Below are positions 1 through 7,947 of a stretch of 24,000 nucleotides of DNA, in pieces. The first letter of the stretch is position 1. Each line of letters starts with the position of its first letter. Both the position numbers and the translations under genes were made by a program. The notes beneath the pieces are model-generated. The model searched no databases, had not been told where the DNA came from, and saw only the letters and a list, made by a program, of their open reading frames with translations. The stretch lies in assembly GCA_963744255.1 (NCBI GenBank), contig CAVUSZ010000024.1:22542-46541 (forward strand). Direction: 5' to 3'. Source of the DNA: an uncultured beta proteobacterium (lineage in GTDB: Bacteria > Pseudomonadota > Gammaproteobacteria > Burkholderiales > SG8-39).

Positions 1-537
1 GTCAAGCGGCTGGTGGACTTCACGCCGAAGGACGAGCTGATGGAGATCGCCGGCCGCATCGCGCCGCTCGGCTGGCACGTGGTGATCTACTTCGAAGCGG
101 CCGACCTGCCCGAACTGCGGGACTTCTTCACCGCGCTGCCGACCACGGTCGTCGTCGATCACATGGGTCGCCCGGACGTGGGCAAGGCGGTCGACGGCCC
201 CGAGTTCGAGCTGTTCGTGAACTTCATGCGCGAATACCCAAACGTGTGGTCGAAGGTGAGCTGCCCCGAGCGGCTCTCAGTCACCGGGCCGAAGGCGCTG
301 AATGGCGAGCGCGCCGCCTACCGCGACGTCGTGCCCTTCGCGAAGCGCATCGTCGAGACGTTTCCCGACCGCGTGTTGTGGGGCACGGACTGGCCGCACC
401 CGAACCTGAAGGACCACATGCCCGACGACGGACTGCTGGTCGACTTCATCCCGCACATCGCGCCGACCGCCGAGTTGCAGCGCAAGCTGCTCGTCGACAA
501 CCCGGTGCGGCTCTACTGGCCTGAAGAAGCGCGCTGA
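1..537 (+). CDS. Amidohydrolase_2-family lactonase/hydrolase (LigI / COG3618-like), C-terminal part; the 5' end lies outside the window
   Basis: Frame 1 is open from base 1; the listed ORF 13..537 only starts at the first in-window Met. The translated motifs VVVDHMGRP and VLWGTDWPHPN match conserved motifs of Amidohydrolase_2 lactonases such as 2-pyrone-4,6-dicarboxylate hydrolase. The stop codon is at 535-537. Confidence 0.8.
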   Translation, partial: VKRLVDFTPKDELMEIAGRIAPLGWHVVIYFEAADLPELRDFFTALPTTVVVDHMGRPDVGKAVDGPEFELFVNFMREYPNVWSKVSCPERLSVTGPKALNGERAAYRDVVPFAKRIVETFPDRVLWGTDWPHPNLKDHMPDDGLLVDFIPHIAPTAELQRKLLVDNPVRLYWPEEAR

Positions 538-563
538 TGCCGCAACAGAAATAGGAGCAAGTG

Positions 564-1507
564 GTGAGGGAAACAAACATCGGGATCGTCGGCTATGGCG
601 AGGTCGGCAAGATCTTCGCGCAAGGCTTGCAAGGCAAGCCCGGCGTCGCATCGCATCAGCGCTTGGGATCTGACGTTTGCCGACCCCGCATCGAGCGCGC
701 AGGAGCGCGCTCATGCGCGCCGGGCAAGGCGTGAAGGCCGCATCCGGAATGGCCGACTTGTGCGCGCAGGCCACACTCGTGATTTCGGCAGTCACAGCAT
801 CGAACACGCTCGCAGCGGCCGAAGAGGCGGCGGGCTCGATTCGCCCGGGAACGCTGTTCCTGGACCTGAATTCGGCATCGCCCGGCACCAAGCAACAGGC
901 GGCTGTGGCGATCGAAAAGGCGGGCGCGCACTACGTCGAAGCGGGCGTGATGACCTCGGTGCCGCCGTACGGGATCGCCGTGCCGATGCTGCTGGGTGGC
1001 GAGAAGGCCGAAGCCCTGGCGGAACAGTGCCGTGGCTGGGGCATGGATGCGAAAGCGATCGCATGCGCGATCGGCGTGGCCTCGGCGGTCAAAATGTGCC
1101 GCAGCATCATCATCAAGGGGCTCGAAGCACTGGTCATCGAAAGTTACGGCACCGCACGGCACTATGGCGTCGAAGACTACGTGTTGCCCACCCTCGTCGA
1201 GACGTTCCCGCAGATCGACTGGGCTGCCCAGGGCGCGTACTTCTTCAGTCGCGTGGTGCAGCACGGCAAGCGACGCGCCGAGGAGATGCGGGAGGCGGCG
1301 CGCACGGTCAAGGAGGCGGGGTTCCCCCCGCTGATGGCGAGTGCGACCGCCGAGAAGCAGGACTGGGTGGCGACTCTCGCGCGGCAAGGGGTATTCGACG
1401 GCGTGCCCAAGGATGCGCGGTGGCATGCCTATGCCGACCGGCTGATCCAGCATTTCGCGCCAAAGGGATCGGAACTTCGGCACCGCGAGGAACGATCGCA
1501 CGCCTGA
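564..1507 (+). pseudogene. NAD(P)-dependent oxidoreductase (6PGDH-like NAD-binding domain plus DUF1932-type C-terminal domain), apparently disrupted by frameshift(s)
   Basis: A strong SD (AGGAG, 553-557) precedes GTG 561/564. That frame encodes VVRETNIGIVGYGEVGKIFAQGL, a GxGxxG Rossmann motif, but it stops at about 730-732. The expected second beta-strand (SISAWDLTFADP) reads in frame 1. The body of the protein (ORF 677..1507: LVISAVTA..., FLDLNSASPGTK, KMCRSIIIKGLEAL, HGKRRAEEM) reads in frame 2. Confidence 0.6.
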
Positions 1508-1509
1508 CA

Positions 1510-1626
1510 ACGCGGTGCGGCGAGTCGGCGCGCTACAAGCCGGCCGTCGAGTTGAAGCTGATGCGCGCCGCCAAGGGCGCGCTTGATCCCCTGAACCTGA
1601 TGAGCGCCGGAAAGGTATTGCCATGA
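1510..1626 (+). pseudogene. Probable 3'-terminal remnant of an FAD-linked oxidase (GlcD / D-lactate dehydrogenase family) gene
   Basis: The last ~35 codons of the otherwise implausible frame-1 ORF 595..1626 read GESARYKPAVELKLMRAAKGALDPLNLMSAGKVLP*. This resembles the conserved C-terminus of FAD-linked oxidases (...lmr.iK.alDP.nilNPGKvl). Its stop overlaps the Bug gene start as ATGA (1623-1626). No upstream FAD-binding domain is present. Confidence 0.35.
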
Positions 1627-2642
1627 AGATGCTTGACGTTGCCCGCTCGCCCGATCACCGCATCGGCGGGCCACCCGTTGCCTCGTTGCTGCGGGGATTG
1701 ATGTTGTGCGTGTCGCTTGCTTGCGGCATGGCGACCGCGCAGACCTATCCGTCAAAGCCGATCCGCATGATCGTCCCGTTCACGCCCGGCGGATCGACCG
1801 ACATCCTCGCGCGTTCGCTCGGCCAGAAGCTGAGCCAGGCCTGGGGGCAGCAGATGATCGTCGAGAACCGACCTGGCGCCGGCGGCTCGATCGGTGCGGA
1901 GCTCGTCGCGAAGGCGCCTCCCGACGGCTATACGCTTCTGATGGGTCACATCGGCACGCTCGCCGTCAATCCCACGTTCTATCCGAAGCTTCCTTACGAC
2001 GCCGTCAAGAGCTTCGCGCCGGTCGCGCTCATCGCGAGCGTTCCGAACGTTCTCGTCGTGCATCCGTCGCTGCCTGCGACGAACGTGACGGAGCTCGTCG
2101 CGCTGGCAAAGGCGAAGCCGGGGCAGCTCGCTTACAGCTCGGGCGGCAACGGGAGCGCCGCGCATCTCGCGATGGAGTACTTCAAGCTGCAGACGGGGAC
2201 CGACATCGTGCACGTGCCCTACAAGGGCACGGGACCGGCGGTGATCGATCTCGTCGCCGGCCAGGTCTCGATGACGATGACCGGTGCGCCTGCCGTGATG
2301 CCGCAGGTGCAGGCCGGCAAGCTGCGCGCGCTCGGCGTCTCGAGCACGAAACGGCTCGCTGCTTTCCCGCAGCTGCCCACCATCGCGGAGGCGGGCGTGA
2401 AGGGATTCGACGCCACGCAGTGGTACGGCGTGGTCGCGCCTGCGGGAACGCCTGCGAGCATCGTGAACAAGCTGAACGGCGAGATCCGCACGATCATGCA
2501 GTCGCCGGAGATGGAGGAGCGCCTGCGCACCGAGGGAGCGATCGCGACCGTGAGCACGCCCGAGGAGTTCGGAGGACTCATTGCGAGCGAGATCGCGCGC
2601 TGGGGCACGGTGATCAAGACCGCGGGGATGAAGCCGGACTAG
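1623..2642 (+). CDS. Bug-family (TctC-like) tripartite tricarboxylate transporter periplasmic substrate-binding protein
   Basis: 339-aa ORF with a hydrophobic signal-like N-terminus (LMLCVSLACGMATAQ). Hallmark Bug motifs are present: YPSKPIRMIVPFTPGGSTD, ENRPGAGG, LAYSSGGNGSAAHL, HVPYKGTGPA. No tctA/tctB membrane partners are adjacent, so this is an orphan Bug gene. Confidence 0.9.
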   Translation: MKMLDVARSPDHRIGGPPVASLLRGLMLCVSLACGMATAQTYPSKPIRMIVPFTPGGSTDILARSLGQKLSQAWGQQMIVENRPGAGGSIGAELVAKAPPDGYTLLMGHIGTLAVNPTFYPKLPYDAVKSFAPVALIASVPNVLVVHPSLPATNVTELVALAKAKPGQLAYSSGGNGSAAHLAMEYFKLQTGTDIVHVPYKGTGPAVIDLVAGQVSMTMTGAPAVMPQVQAGKLRALGVSSTKRLAAFPQLPTIAEAGVKGFDATQWYGVVAPAGTPASIVNKLNGEIRTIMQSPEMEERLRTEGAIATVSTPEEFGGLIASEIARWGTVIKTAGMKPD

Positions 2643-2760
2643 CGAAGCAGCGCGACGAGGCCGCGGGTTGCCCGCGCGAGCCGCGGTGCTTCACGTGCGC
2701 TGATCCTGATTTCCGGACTGGCTGCTGTAGCGATTTGTGCTACTCATGCACCGCGGCCGG

Positions 2761-3126
2761 TCAGATCCCCGGTAGCAGCACTTTCAGTTTCGCGAGAACC
2801 TCCGCAACGACTTTCTTCGGCGCACGTGCGGCAAGGTCAGCGTTACGGGAGCGCCAGTCAAGCGCCTTGATCTGGTCGGCCAGCACCACACCTTTGGCGC
2901 CAGCGAGGTCGGTCTCCGCGTCCACTTCGAACGGCCAGCCTTTGACCCGGGTGGTAAGGGGGCAGCAGAGCGCGAGGTTCGCCGTAGCGTTGTAGGCGCG
3001 GGGCGAGAGGACGAGGGCGGGTCGGCGCCCGGCCTGCTCGTGCCCTGACTGCGGATCGAAGTCGAGATAGACGATGTCGCCCTGATCGGGCGACCAGTCC
3101 GGGTCGGCCGGGCGCCGGCCCGCCAT
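2761..3126 (-). CDS. mazF: MazF/PemK-family type II toxin endoribonuclease
   Basis: The translation (GDIVYLDFDPQSGHEQAGRRPALVLSP...LALCCPLTTRVKGWPFEV...VLADQIKALDW) matches the PemK/MazF fold signature. ATG at 3126-3124 overlaps the mazE stop as TAATG. The track ORF starts at GTG 3132; the ATG is preferred. Confidence 0.85.
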   Translation of the reverse strand: MAGRRPADPDWSPDQGDIVYLDFDPQSGHEQAGRRPALVLSPRAYNATANLALCCPLTTRVKGWPFEVDAETDLAGAKGVVLADQIKALDWRSRNADLAARAPKKVVAEVLAKLKVLLPGI

Positions 3127-3371
3127 TACCACACTTCAACCCCGCGCCGCGGGCCCCAATCCGCTTCGTCGTGCCGGGCGTGACTCGCGGCGTCGGCGAG
3201 CAGATCTTCGAGTCGGTAGGCCGGCTTCTTGCGCACGCGCTCGATACGGATCGCCCCGTCGACCACGCTGATGCGCACGCGCTGATCCACGGCGAGACCC
3301 GCCTCGCTCAGCAGCGAACTAGGCAGGCGAAGCGCCGGGCTGTTGCCCCACTTCCGGATGACTGATTCCAT
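3126..3371 (-). CDS. mazE: MazE-type antitoxin (AbrB/SpoVT-like DNA-binding domain)
   Basis: 81-aa ORF beginning MESVIRKWGNSPALRLPSSLL (the swapped-hairpin AbrB/MazE motif), with an acidic C-terminal tail. It lies immediately upstream of mazF and overlaps it. An SD (GAGGG) sits about 8 nt upstream of the ATG. Confidence 0.85.
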   Translation of the reverse strand: MESVIRKWGNSPALRLPSSLLSEAGLAVDQRVRISVVDGAIRIERVRKKPAYRLEDLLADAASHARHDEADWGPRRGVEVW

Positions 3372-3392
3372 GGTGATTGCCCTCGGTCGAAA

Positions 3393-3411
3393 GTAGACAC
3401 ATTGTATCTAC
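3393..3411. promoter_or_regulatory. Candidate mazEF operator: 19-bp near-perfect palindrome GTAGACACATTGTATCTAC
   Basis: Eight of nine arm positions are self-complementary. The palindrome lies 22-40 nt upstream of the mazE ATG, in the only AT-rich patch of this intergenic region. Type II antitoxins typically autoregulate through such palindromes. Confidence 0.4.
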
Positions 3412-3446
3412 GCCGGAGGGCGCCGACAAGCAGCCCGCGACCGCGC

Positions 3447-3902
3447 TCACGAACGGAACCGTGCGACCTCGCCCGGCTTACGCAGCATCTTGTCGACGTC
3501 GCCGGCGTGCATCTCCTCGGCCTGGATCATCTGCCGCGCGTACTCCTCAAGCGTCACGGAGCGGTCCTTGACCAGCTCGTGGAGCTCGCGGTAGAGCGCG
3601 AGGGCCTCGCCCTCATTCTCGAGCGATTCGCGCAGGATCGAGCCGATGTCGTGCTGGTGGGAGTCGAGCAGCGGACCGATCGCGAGCGAGGGGTAGCCGC
3701 CGAGCATCGTGATCATCTCGCCCGCGGCCTGCGCATGCGCGAGCGCCTCGGTCGCCTGCTCGTGCAGCCACGAGACGATCGGGATCCGCCCGTACCCGAA
3801 GACCATGAGCGAGTAGTGCGTGTAGCGGACGACCCCGGCCAGCTCCTGCTCGAGGATGCGGTTGAGCGTGGCGATCGCCTTGTCCTTGTCGAGCTCGGGC
3901 AT
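3447..3902 (-). CDS. Bacterioferritin-like / ferritin-like diiron protein
   Basis: 151-aa ORF with an SD (GGAGG) 6 nt before the ATG. It aligns by eye with bacterioferritin: LNRILEQELAGVVRY, LHEQATEALAHA, ESLENEGEAL, IQAEEMHAGD (E...ExxH-type diiron ligands). The spacing of the first ExxH motif is atypical, so I do not call it bona fide Bfr. Confidence 0.75.
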   Translation of the reverse strand: MPELDKDKAIATLNRILEQELAGVVRYTHYSLMVFGYGRIPIVSWLHEQATEALAHAQAAGEMITMLGGYPSLAIGPLLDSHQHDIGSILRESLENEGEALALYRELHELVKDRSVTLEEYARQMIQAEEMHAGDVDKMLRKPGEVARFRS

Positions 3903-3960
3903 CTCGCGCCTCCGTGTGGGGTGCGCGCGGGAACGCGCACCGGCTAGCCTAGCACGCCGC

Positions 3961-5133
3961 TCACCGGAGCACGCCGCGCCGGGCGAGGCTCCGCATCAGG
4001 TGGCTCGCACCGAAGCTCCACGGCGCCGCGTCGGATGACCGCACCATGCGGTTCGTGAGCGCGCCCAGCTCGGGTGCCGAGATGGTCACGATGTCGCCGA
4101 TCTTGTGCGTGAACCCCTGACCCGGGGCGTCGCGGTCCTCGACCGGCGCGAACATCGTGCCGACGAACAGGACGACCCCGTCCGGATACTGGTGGTTCGC
4201 GCCGATCATCTGCCCCACGAGGTCGGCCGGATCCCGGCTGATGCGCGCGATCGACGACGTGCCGCTCATCCGAAACCCGTCGGGACCCGACACCTCGAGC
4301 TTCACCGTGATCCCGCGTACGGTGTCGAGCGAGAAAGCCTCATCGAACAGCCTGACGAACGGTCCGACGGCGCACGAGGCGTTGTTGTCCTTGGCCCGGC
4401 CGAGCAAGAGCGCCGAGCGGCCCTCGATGTCGCGCAGGTTCACGTCGTTGCCGAGCGTCGCGCCGACGATCTTGCCGCCCGACGAGACGACGAGCACGAC
4501 CTCGGGCTCCGGGTTGTTCCAGGTCGAGTCCGGGTGCAGCCCCGCGTCCATGCCGTGGCCGACCGCCGACATCGGCTGCCCCTTGGTGAAGATCTCGGCG
4601 TCGGGCCCGATGCCGACCTCCAGGTACTGCGACCACAAGCCCTTGGCGACGAGGAGCTCCTTCAGCGCGGCTGCCTTGGCCGACCCGGGCTTGAGCGCCT
4701 GCAGGTCGGTGCCGATCGTAGCGAGCATGTCCTCGCGGATCGCCGCGGCCCGCTCCGGCTCTCCGCGCGCCTGCTCCTCGATCAGCCGCTCGAGCAGCGA
4801 GGCGATGAAGGTCACGCCGGCCGCCTTGATCGCCTGCAGGTCGATCGGCGCGAGCAGCCACGGCCGGCCCGGATCGCGCACCTCGGCCGGGGTGTTGGCG
4901 AGAATGTGGTCGAGGCTGCCGAGCCGCTCGCCGCGGGCGGCGCGCAGAGTCGCGGCCGGTTTTTCTGCTTCGCACAAATCGCGGATCGTCGGCGCGGCCT
5001 CGGTTACGTCGTAGACGCCGTCGGCGCGGACCGCTACCACCGCCGGTCCCTGCACGTCCGGGCGCCAGACGCGGCCGGCGAGGGCTGCAAGCGTCGCGTC
5101 CGCAGGGAGGGTGGCTTCGCTAAGGAGACGCAC
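3961..5133 (-). CDS. Fumarylacetoacetate hydrolase (FAH)-family protein, long (~390 aa) form
   Basis: 390-aa ORF. The C-terminal half carries FAH-like blocks: NNPEPEVVLVV, GNDVNLRDIEGRSALLLGRAKDNNASCAVGPF, GTMFAP...GDIVTI. The start is GTG 5133 with no clear SD, so start confidence is lower. Confidence 0.7.
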   Translation of the reverse strand: MRLLSEATLPADATLAALAGRVWRPDVQGPAVVAVRADGVYDVTEAAPTIRDLCEAEKPAATLRAARGERLGSLDHILANTPAEVRDPGRPWLLAPIDLQAIKAAGVTFIASLLERLIEEQARGEPERAAAIREDMLATIGTDLQALKPGSAKAAALKELLVAKGLWSQYLEVGIGPDAEIFTKGQPMSAVGHGMDAGLHPDSTWNNPEPEVVLVVSSGGKIVGATLGNDVNLRDIEGRSALLLGRAKDNNASCAVGPFVRLFDEAFSLDTVRGITVKLEVSGPDGFRMSGTSSIARISRDPADLVGQMIGANHQYPDGVVLFVGTMFAPVEDRDAPGQGFTHKIGDIVTISAPELGALTNRMVRSSDAAPWSFGASHLMRSLARRGVLR

Positions 5134-5216
5134 GACCGAATGGTAGAGTGTGCGGGGCGGCGGGGCAATGCGAGAAAGGGCTAGACTTCCCTTCCCCGCG
5201 CGGCAGGAGGCCCGCC

Positions 5217-5648
5217 ATGCCCCAGCGAACCGTTCGCAGCATCATCGAGAACCAGAATCTGCTTACCGCGTCGCCCGAGACGACGGTGGCCGAAGCGGCC
5301 GGACTGATGAAACGCAGCCGGGTGGGCGCGATCATGGTCGTGGAGCGCGGGCGCCTCGCAGGCATCTTCACCGAGCGCGACGCACTCTTCCGCGTCGTCG
5401 CGGAAGGGCGCGATCCGCAGGCTACCCGCCTCGTCGATGTGATGACCCGCGATTGCCAGACGATCGATGCGGACAAACCGCTCGGCCATGCGCTGCACAT
5501 GATGTACGAGGGCCGGTTCCGGCACGTGCCGGTGGTCGAGAACGGGAAACCGCTCGGCGTCGTCTCGGCGCGCGACGCGCTCGGGCCGGAGCTCCTGGAG
5601 TTCGAGGCGGAGCTCGTCAAGCGCGAGCACATCCGGGAGATTCTCTGA
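5217..5648 (+). CDS. CBS-pair domain protein
   Basis: ATG 5217 is preceded by GGCAGGAGG. The translation has two CBS-like repeats (GAIMVVERGRLAGIFTERD... and FRHVPVVENGKPLGVVSARD). The upstream part of track ORF 5148..5648 lacks an SD and overlaps the divergent promoter region. Confidence 0.8.
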   Translation: MPQRTVRSIIENQNLLTASPETTVAEAAGLMKRSRVGAIMVVERGRLAGIFTERDALFRVVAEGRDPQATRLVDVMTRDCQTIDADKPLGHALHMMYEGRFRHVPVVENGKPLGVVSARDALGPELLEFEAELVKREHIREIL

Positions 5649-5658
5649 CCTGCGAGGT

Positions 5659-6372
5659 TCACCGGCCACCCGGCCGAACCTTGCGTTTCCACAGCTCCCA
5701 GGGGCGGCCGATCACCCGGTCGTTGGTCGCGGCCGCGAGCCGTGCCTCCTCGGGCTCCAGGAAGTTGATCGCACCGAGCCGCGCCGCATCCATCTGCAGG
5801 CGGGCGTTCGTCTCGGTGTAGATCGCGCGGTACACCACCTGCTGGATCGAGCCGCCGACCGCGACCGAGCCGTGGCCGCGCATCAGCGCCACCGTCCGGT
5901 CGCCGAGGGTCCGCGCGAGCGCGTCGGCGAGCGCGTTGTCGCGGATCAGCATGTCCGTCATTCCACCGGCGGCGCGGATCTCGAAGATCGGGGCGCCGGC
6001 GCCCAGAAACGCGCTCATGTGGTAGACCGGCCGCAGACTCGCGCCGGTGACGCCGAACGGGATGACGCTCGGCGAGTGGCTGTGGACCACCGCCATCACG
6101 TCCGGGCGACTGGCGTAGATGGCGCCGTGGATGAACCGCTCGAGATAGGGCGTGCGTGTGTCGCCGCCCATGGCATTGCCGTCGAGATCGAACTCCATGA
6201 TGTCGCCGGCTGTCACCAGCGCCGGGGCCATGCTGCGCGCGAGCAGAAAACGGTCCGGCCGCTTGTCGTGACGCGCGCTGATGTGGCCGAAGCCGTCGAC
6301 GACGCCTTCGGCGTACAGGATGTGATTCGCTACGACGAGATCGTCGACGAGCGCTGGTTCCGCCGCGCTCAT
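5659..6372 (-). CDS. Class II aldolase/adducin-family protein (aldolase, decarboxylase or dehydratase-like)
   Basis: The start is ATG 6372 (MSAAEPALVDDLVVANHILY...), 4 nt after the upstream gene's stop. Family motifs present: GFGHISAR, VVHSHSP (HxH metal ligands), LMRGHGSVAVG. The 66-aa N-terminal extension in the track ORF (to 6570) is R/S/P-rich and overlaps the upstream gene, so it was rejected. Confidence 0.85.
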   Translation of the reverse strand: MSAAEPALVDDLVVANHILYAEGVVDGFGHISARHDKRPDRFLLARSMAPALVTAGDIMEFDLDGNAMGGDTRTPYLERFIHGAIYASRPDVMAVVHSHSPSVIPFGVTGASLRPVYHMSAFLGAGAPIFEIRAAGGMTDMLIRDNALADALARTLGDRTVALMRGHGSVAVGGSIQQVVYRAIYTETNARLQMDAARLGAINFLEPEEARLAAATNDRVIGRPWELWKRKVRPGGR

Positions 6373-6376
6373 TGCC

Positions 6377-7402
6377 TTATCCGAAGCGCTCGCGCGCGAG
6401 CCGCGCCCCGGCCCCGAGCGCTTCGAGCTTCCGGAGGGCGACGTCGCGGTCCATCGGCGCCATGCCGCAGTTGGTGCAGGCAATGATGCGCTCTTTCGGC
6501 AGGTGCTTCGCCGCCTCGGCGATCGTGGCGGCGACCTGCTCGGGCGTCTCGACCGCGTCGGTCGCGACATCGATCACCCCGACCAGCACGTCCTTGCCCT
6601 CGAGCAGGCCGATCAGGCGGGTCGGCACCTTCGAGTTCGCGCACTCGAGCGACACCTGGCCGATCCGGCTCTGCGCGAGCGCCGGGAAGATCTCCTCGTA
6701 CTGGCGCCACTCGCTTCCGAGCGTCTGCTTCCAGTCGAGGTTCGCCTTGATGCCGTAGCCGTAGCAGATGTGCACCGCCGTCTTGCACTCGAGGCCTTCG
6801 GCGGCGCGGTGCAAGGCGGCTATGCCCCAGCGCTTGACGTCGTCCATGTAGACGTTGAACGCCGGCTCGTCGAACTGGATCACGTCGACGCCGTCGGCGG
6901 CGAGCGCGCGCGCCTCCTCGTTGAGGCACTCGGCGAACGCCATCGCCATCTTCACCTTGTCGCCGTAGTGGCTGTCGGCGATCGTGTCGACGATCGTCAT
7001 CGGGCCCGGCAGGGTGAACTTGAGCTCGCGTTGCGTGTGCGCCCGCGCGAGGCGCGCTTCGGTCGCGTGCACCCGGCCCTTCGGACGCAGGCGCCCGACG
7101 ACCGTCGGCACCAGCGCCTCGTAGCGGTTGTTGCGGATGCCGAGCTTCACCTTCCGATCGAAGTCGATGCCTTCGATCGCCTCCAGGAAGCCGTGCACGA
7201 AGTGCTGCCGCGACTGCTCGCCGTCCGCGACGATGTCGATGCCGGCGTCCTCCTGCGCCTTGAGCCAGAGGAGCGTCGCGTCCCGCTTCGCTTCCGCGAG
7301 CGCCGCACCCGCGAGCTTCCAGCGCGGCCAGAGCTTGTGCGTCTCGGCTAGCCAGCCGGGCTTCGGCAGGCTGCCGGCGATCGTCGTCGGGAAGAGCGTC
7401 AT
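6377..7402 (-). CDS. Single-domain MetE-like protein (cobalamin-independent methionine synthase C-terminal / Meth_synt_2 family, Zn-dependent alkyl transferase fold)
   Basis: ATG 7402 (MTLFPTTIAGSLPKPGWL...) overlaps the beta-subunit stop as ATGA. MetE catalytic-domain signatures present: IAGSLPKP, DGEQSRQHF, FDEPAF, VHICYG (His-x-Cys), SLECANS, CTNCGM (Cys). At ~341 aa it has only the catalytic domain. Confidence 0.85.
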   Translation of the reverse strand: MTLFPTTIAGSLPKPGWLAETHKLWPRWKLAGAALAEAKRDATLLWLKAQEDAGIDIVADGEQSRQHFVHGFLEAIEGIDFDRKVKLGIRNNRYEALVPTVVGRLRPKGRVHATEARLARAHTQRELKFTLPGPMTIVDTIADSHYGDKVKMAMAFAECLNEEARALAADGVDVIQFDEPAFNVYMDDVKRWGIAALHRAAEGLECKTAVHICYGYGIKANLDWKQTLGSEWRQYEEIFPALAQSRIGQVSLECANSKVPTRLIGLLEGKDVLVGVIDVATDAVETPEQVAATIAEAAKHLPKERIIACTNCGMAPMDRDVALRKLEALGAGARLARERFG

Positions 7403-7947
7403 ACCCACACCTGGAGGACGTACTCGTACGGCGCTTGCGCGTTCACCATGTCGACGCGCTGCAGCTTGATCCTCAGGCCGTCTTTCGTGCGCTTGAGATG
7501 GTGGCGATAGGAACCGGCGAAGTGGCGAAGCTCGTCGCGACGAAGCTCGACCATGTGGAAGCGCGAGCGGACATGCACGTCGCCCGACCGCGGATCGACT
7601 TTCTCGACCACGACGTTCGACACGACGTGGTTCGTGCCCCACTCGGGCTGCTGCGACCACGCATGCGGGTGCGTCACCCGCTTCATCCGCACCGTCATCA
7701 TGTCGCGATCCTCGGCGAAGATGGACGGGACGCCGTCCCACGTCGTGTAGTGCGGCGCCGGCGGCATCCAGTACATCCCGTCCGCCGCGAAGAGATCGAT
7801 GAACGCCTTCCACTCCTTGCCGTCGAGCGCCTCGGACTGGCGGTAGAGCAGCGCTTCGACCTCGCGCTGCAGCTCGACGCCGTTCGGCTTGCGTGCGGCC
7901 TTCTTCGCCGGCGCCCGCTTCCTCGTCTTCTTCGCCGCCACGGTCAC
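7399..7947 (-). CDS. Aromatic-ring-hydroxylating oxygenase beta (small) subunit, with a basic N-terminal extension
   Basis: GTG 7947 overlaps the alpha stop as GTGA. The core (LLYRQSEALDGKEWKAFIDLFAADGMYWMP ... VSNVVVEKV ... FAGSYRHHLKRTKDGLRIKLQRVDM) matches the Ring_hydroxyl_B / NTF2-like fold. No other ATG/GTG/TTG lies before the conserved core, so the AAKKTRKRAPAKKAARKP tail must be translated. Confidence 0.85.
   Translation of the reverse strand: MTVAAKKTRKRAPAKKAARKPNGVELQREVEALLYRQSEALDGKEWKAFIDLFAADGMYWMPPAPHYTTWDGVPSIFAEDRDMMTVRMKRVTHPHAWSQQPEWGTNHVVSNVVVEKVDPRSGDVHVRSRFHMVELRRDELRHFAGSYRHHLKRTKDGLRIKLQRVDMVNAQAPYEYVLQVWV

Noticed and set aside
648-657. Tandem pentamer GCATCGCATC at the first putative frameshift site, considered as a causative 5-bp duplication.
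   Set aside because: Removing one copy does not restore a sensible reading frame; it yields GVASALGI*. The indel must therefore be a different 1-nt event nearby, or the sequence is erroneous.
595-1626. 343-aa frame-1 ORF overlapping the oxidoreductase gene.
   Set aside because: It is mostly Arg-rich nonsense in an alternative frame of a recognisable gene. Only two short pieces look meaningful: the SISAWDL strand near 655-711 and the last ~35 codons. They are reported separately as frameshift evidence and as an oxidase remnant.
1706-2995. 429-aa ORF in an alternative frame of the Bug gene, and the 260-aa ORF 23169-23951 in an alternative frame of livM.
   Set aside because: These are same-strand or overlapping alternative frames of genes with clear family signatures. 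Their composition is Arg/Gly/Asp-rich and no motifs are present.
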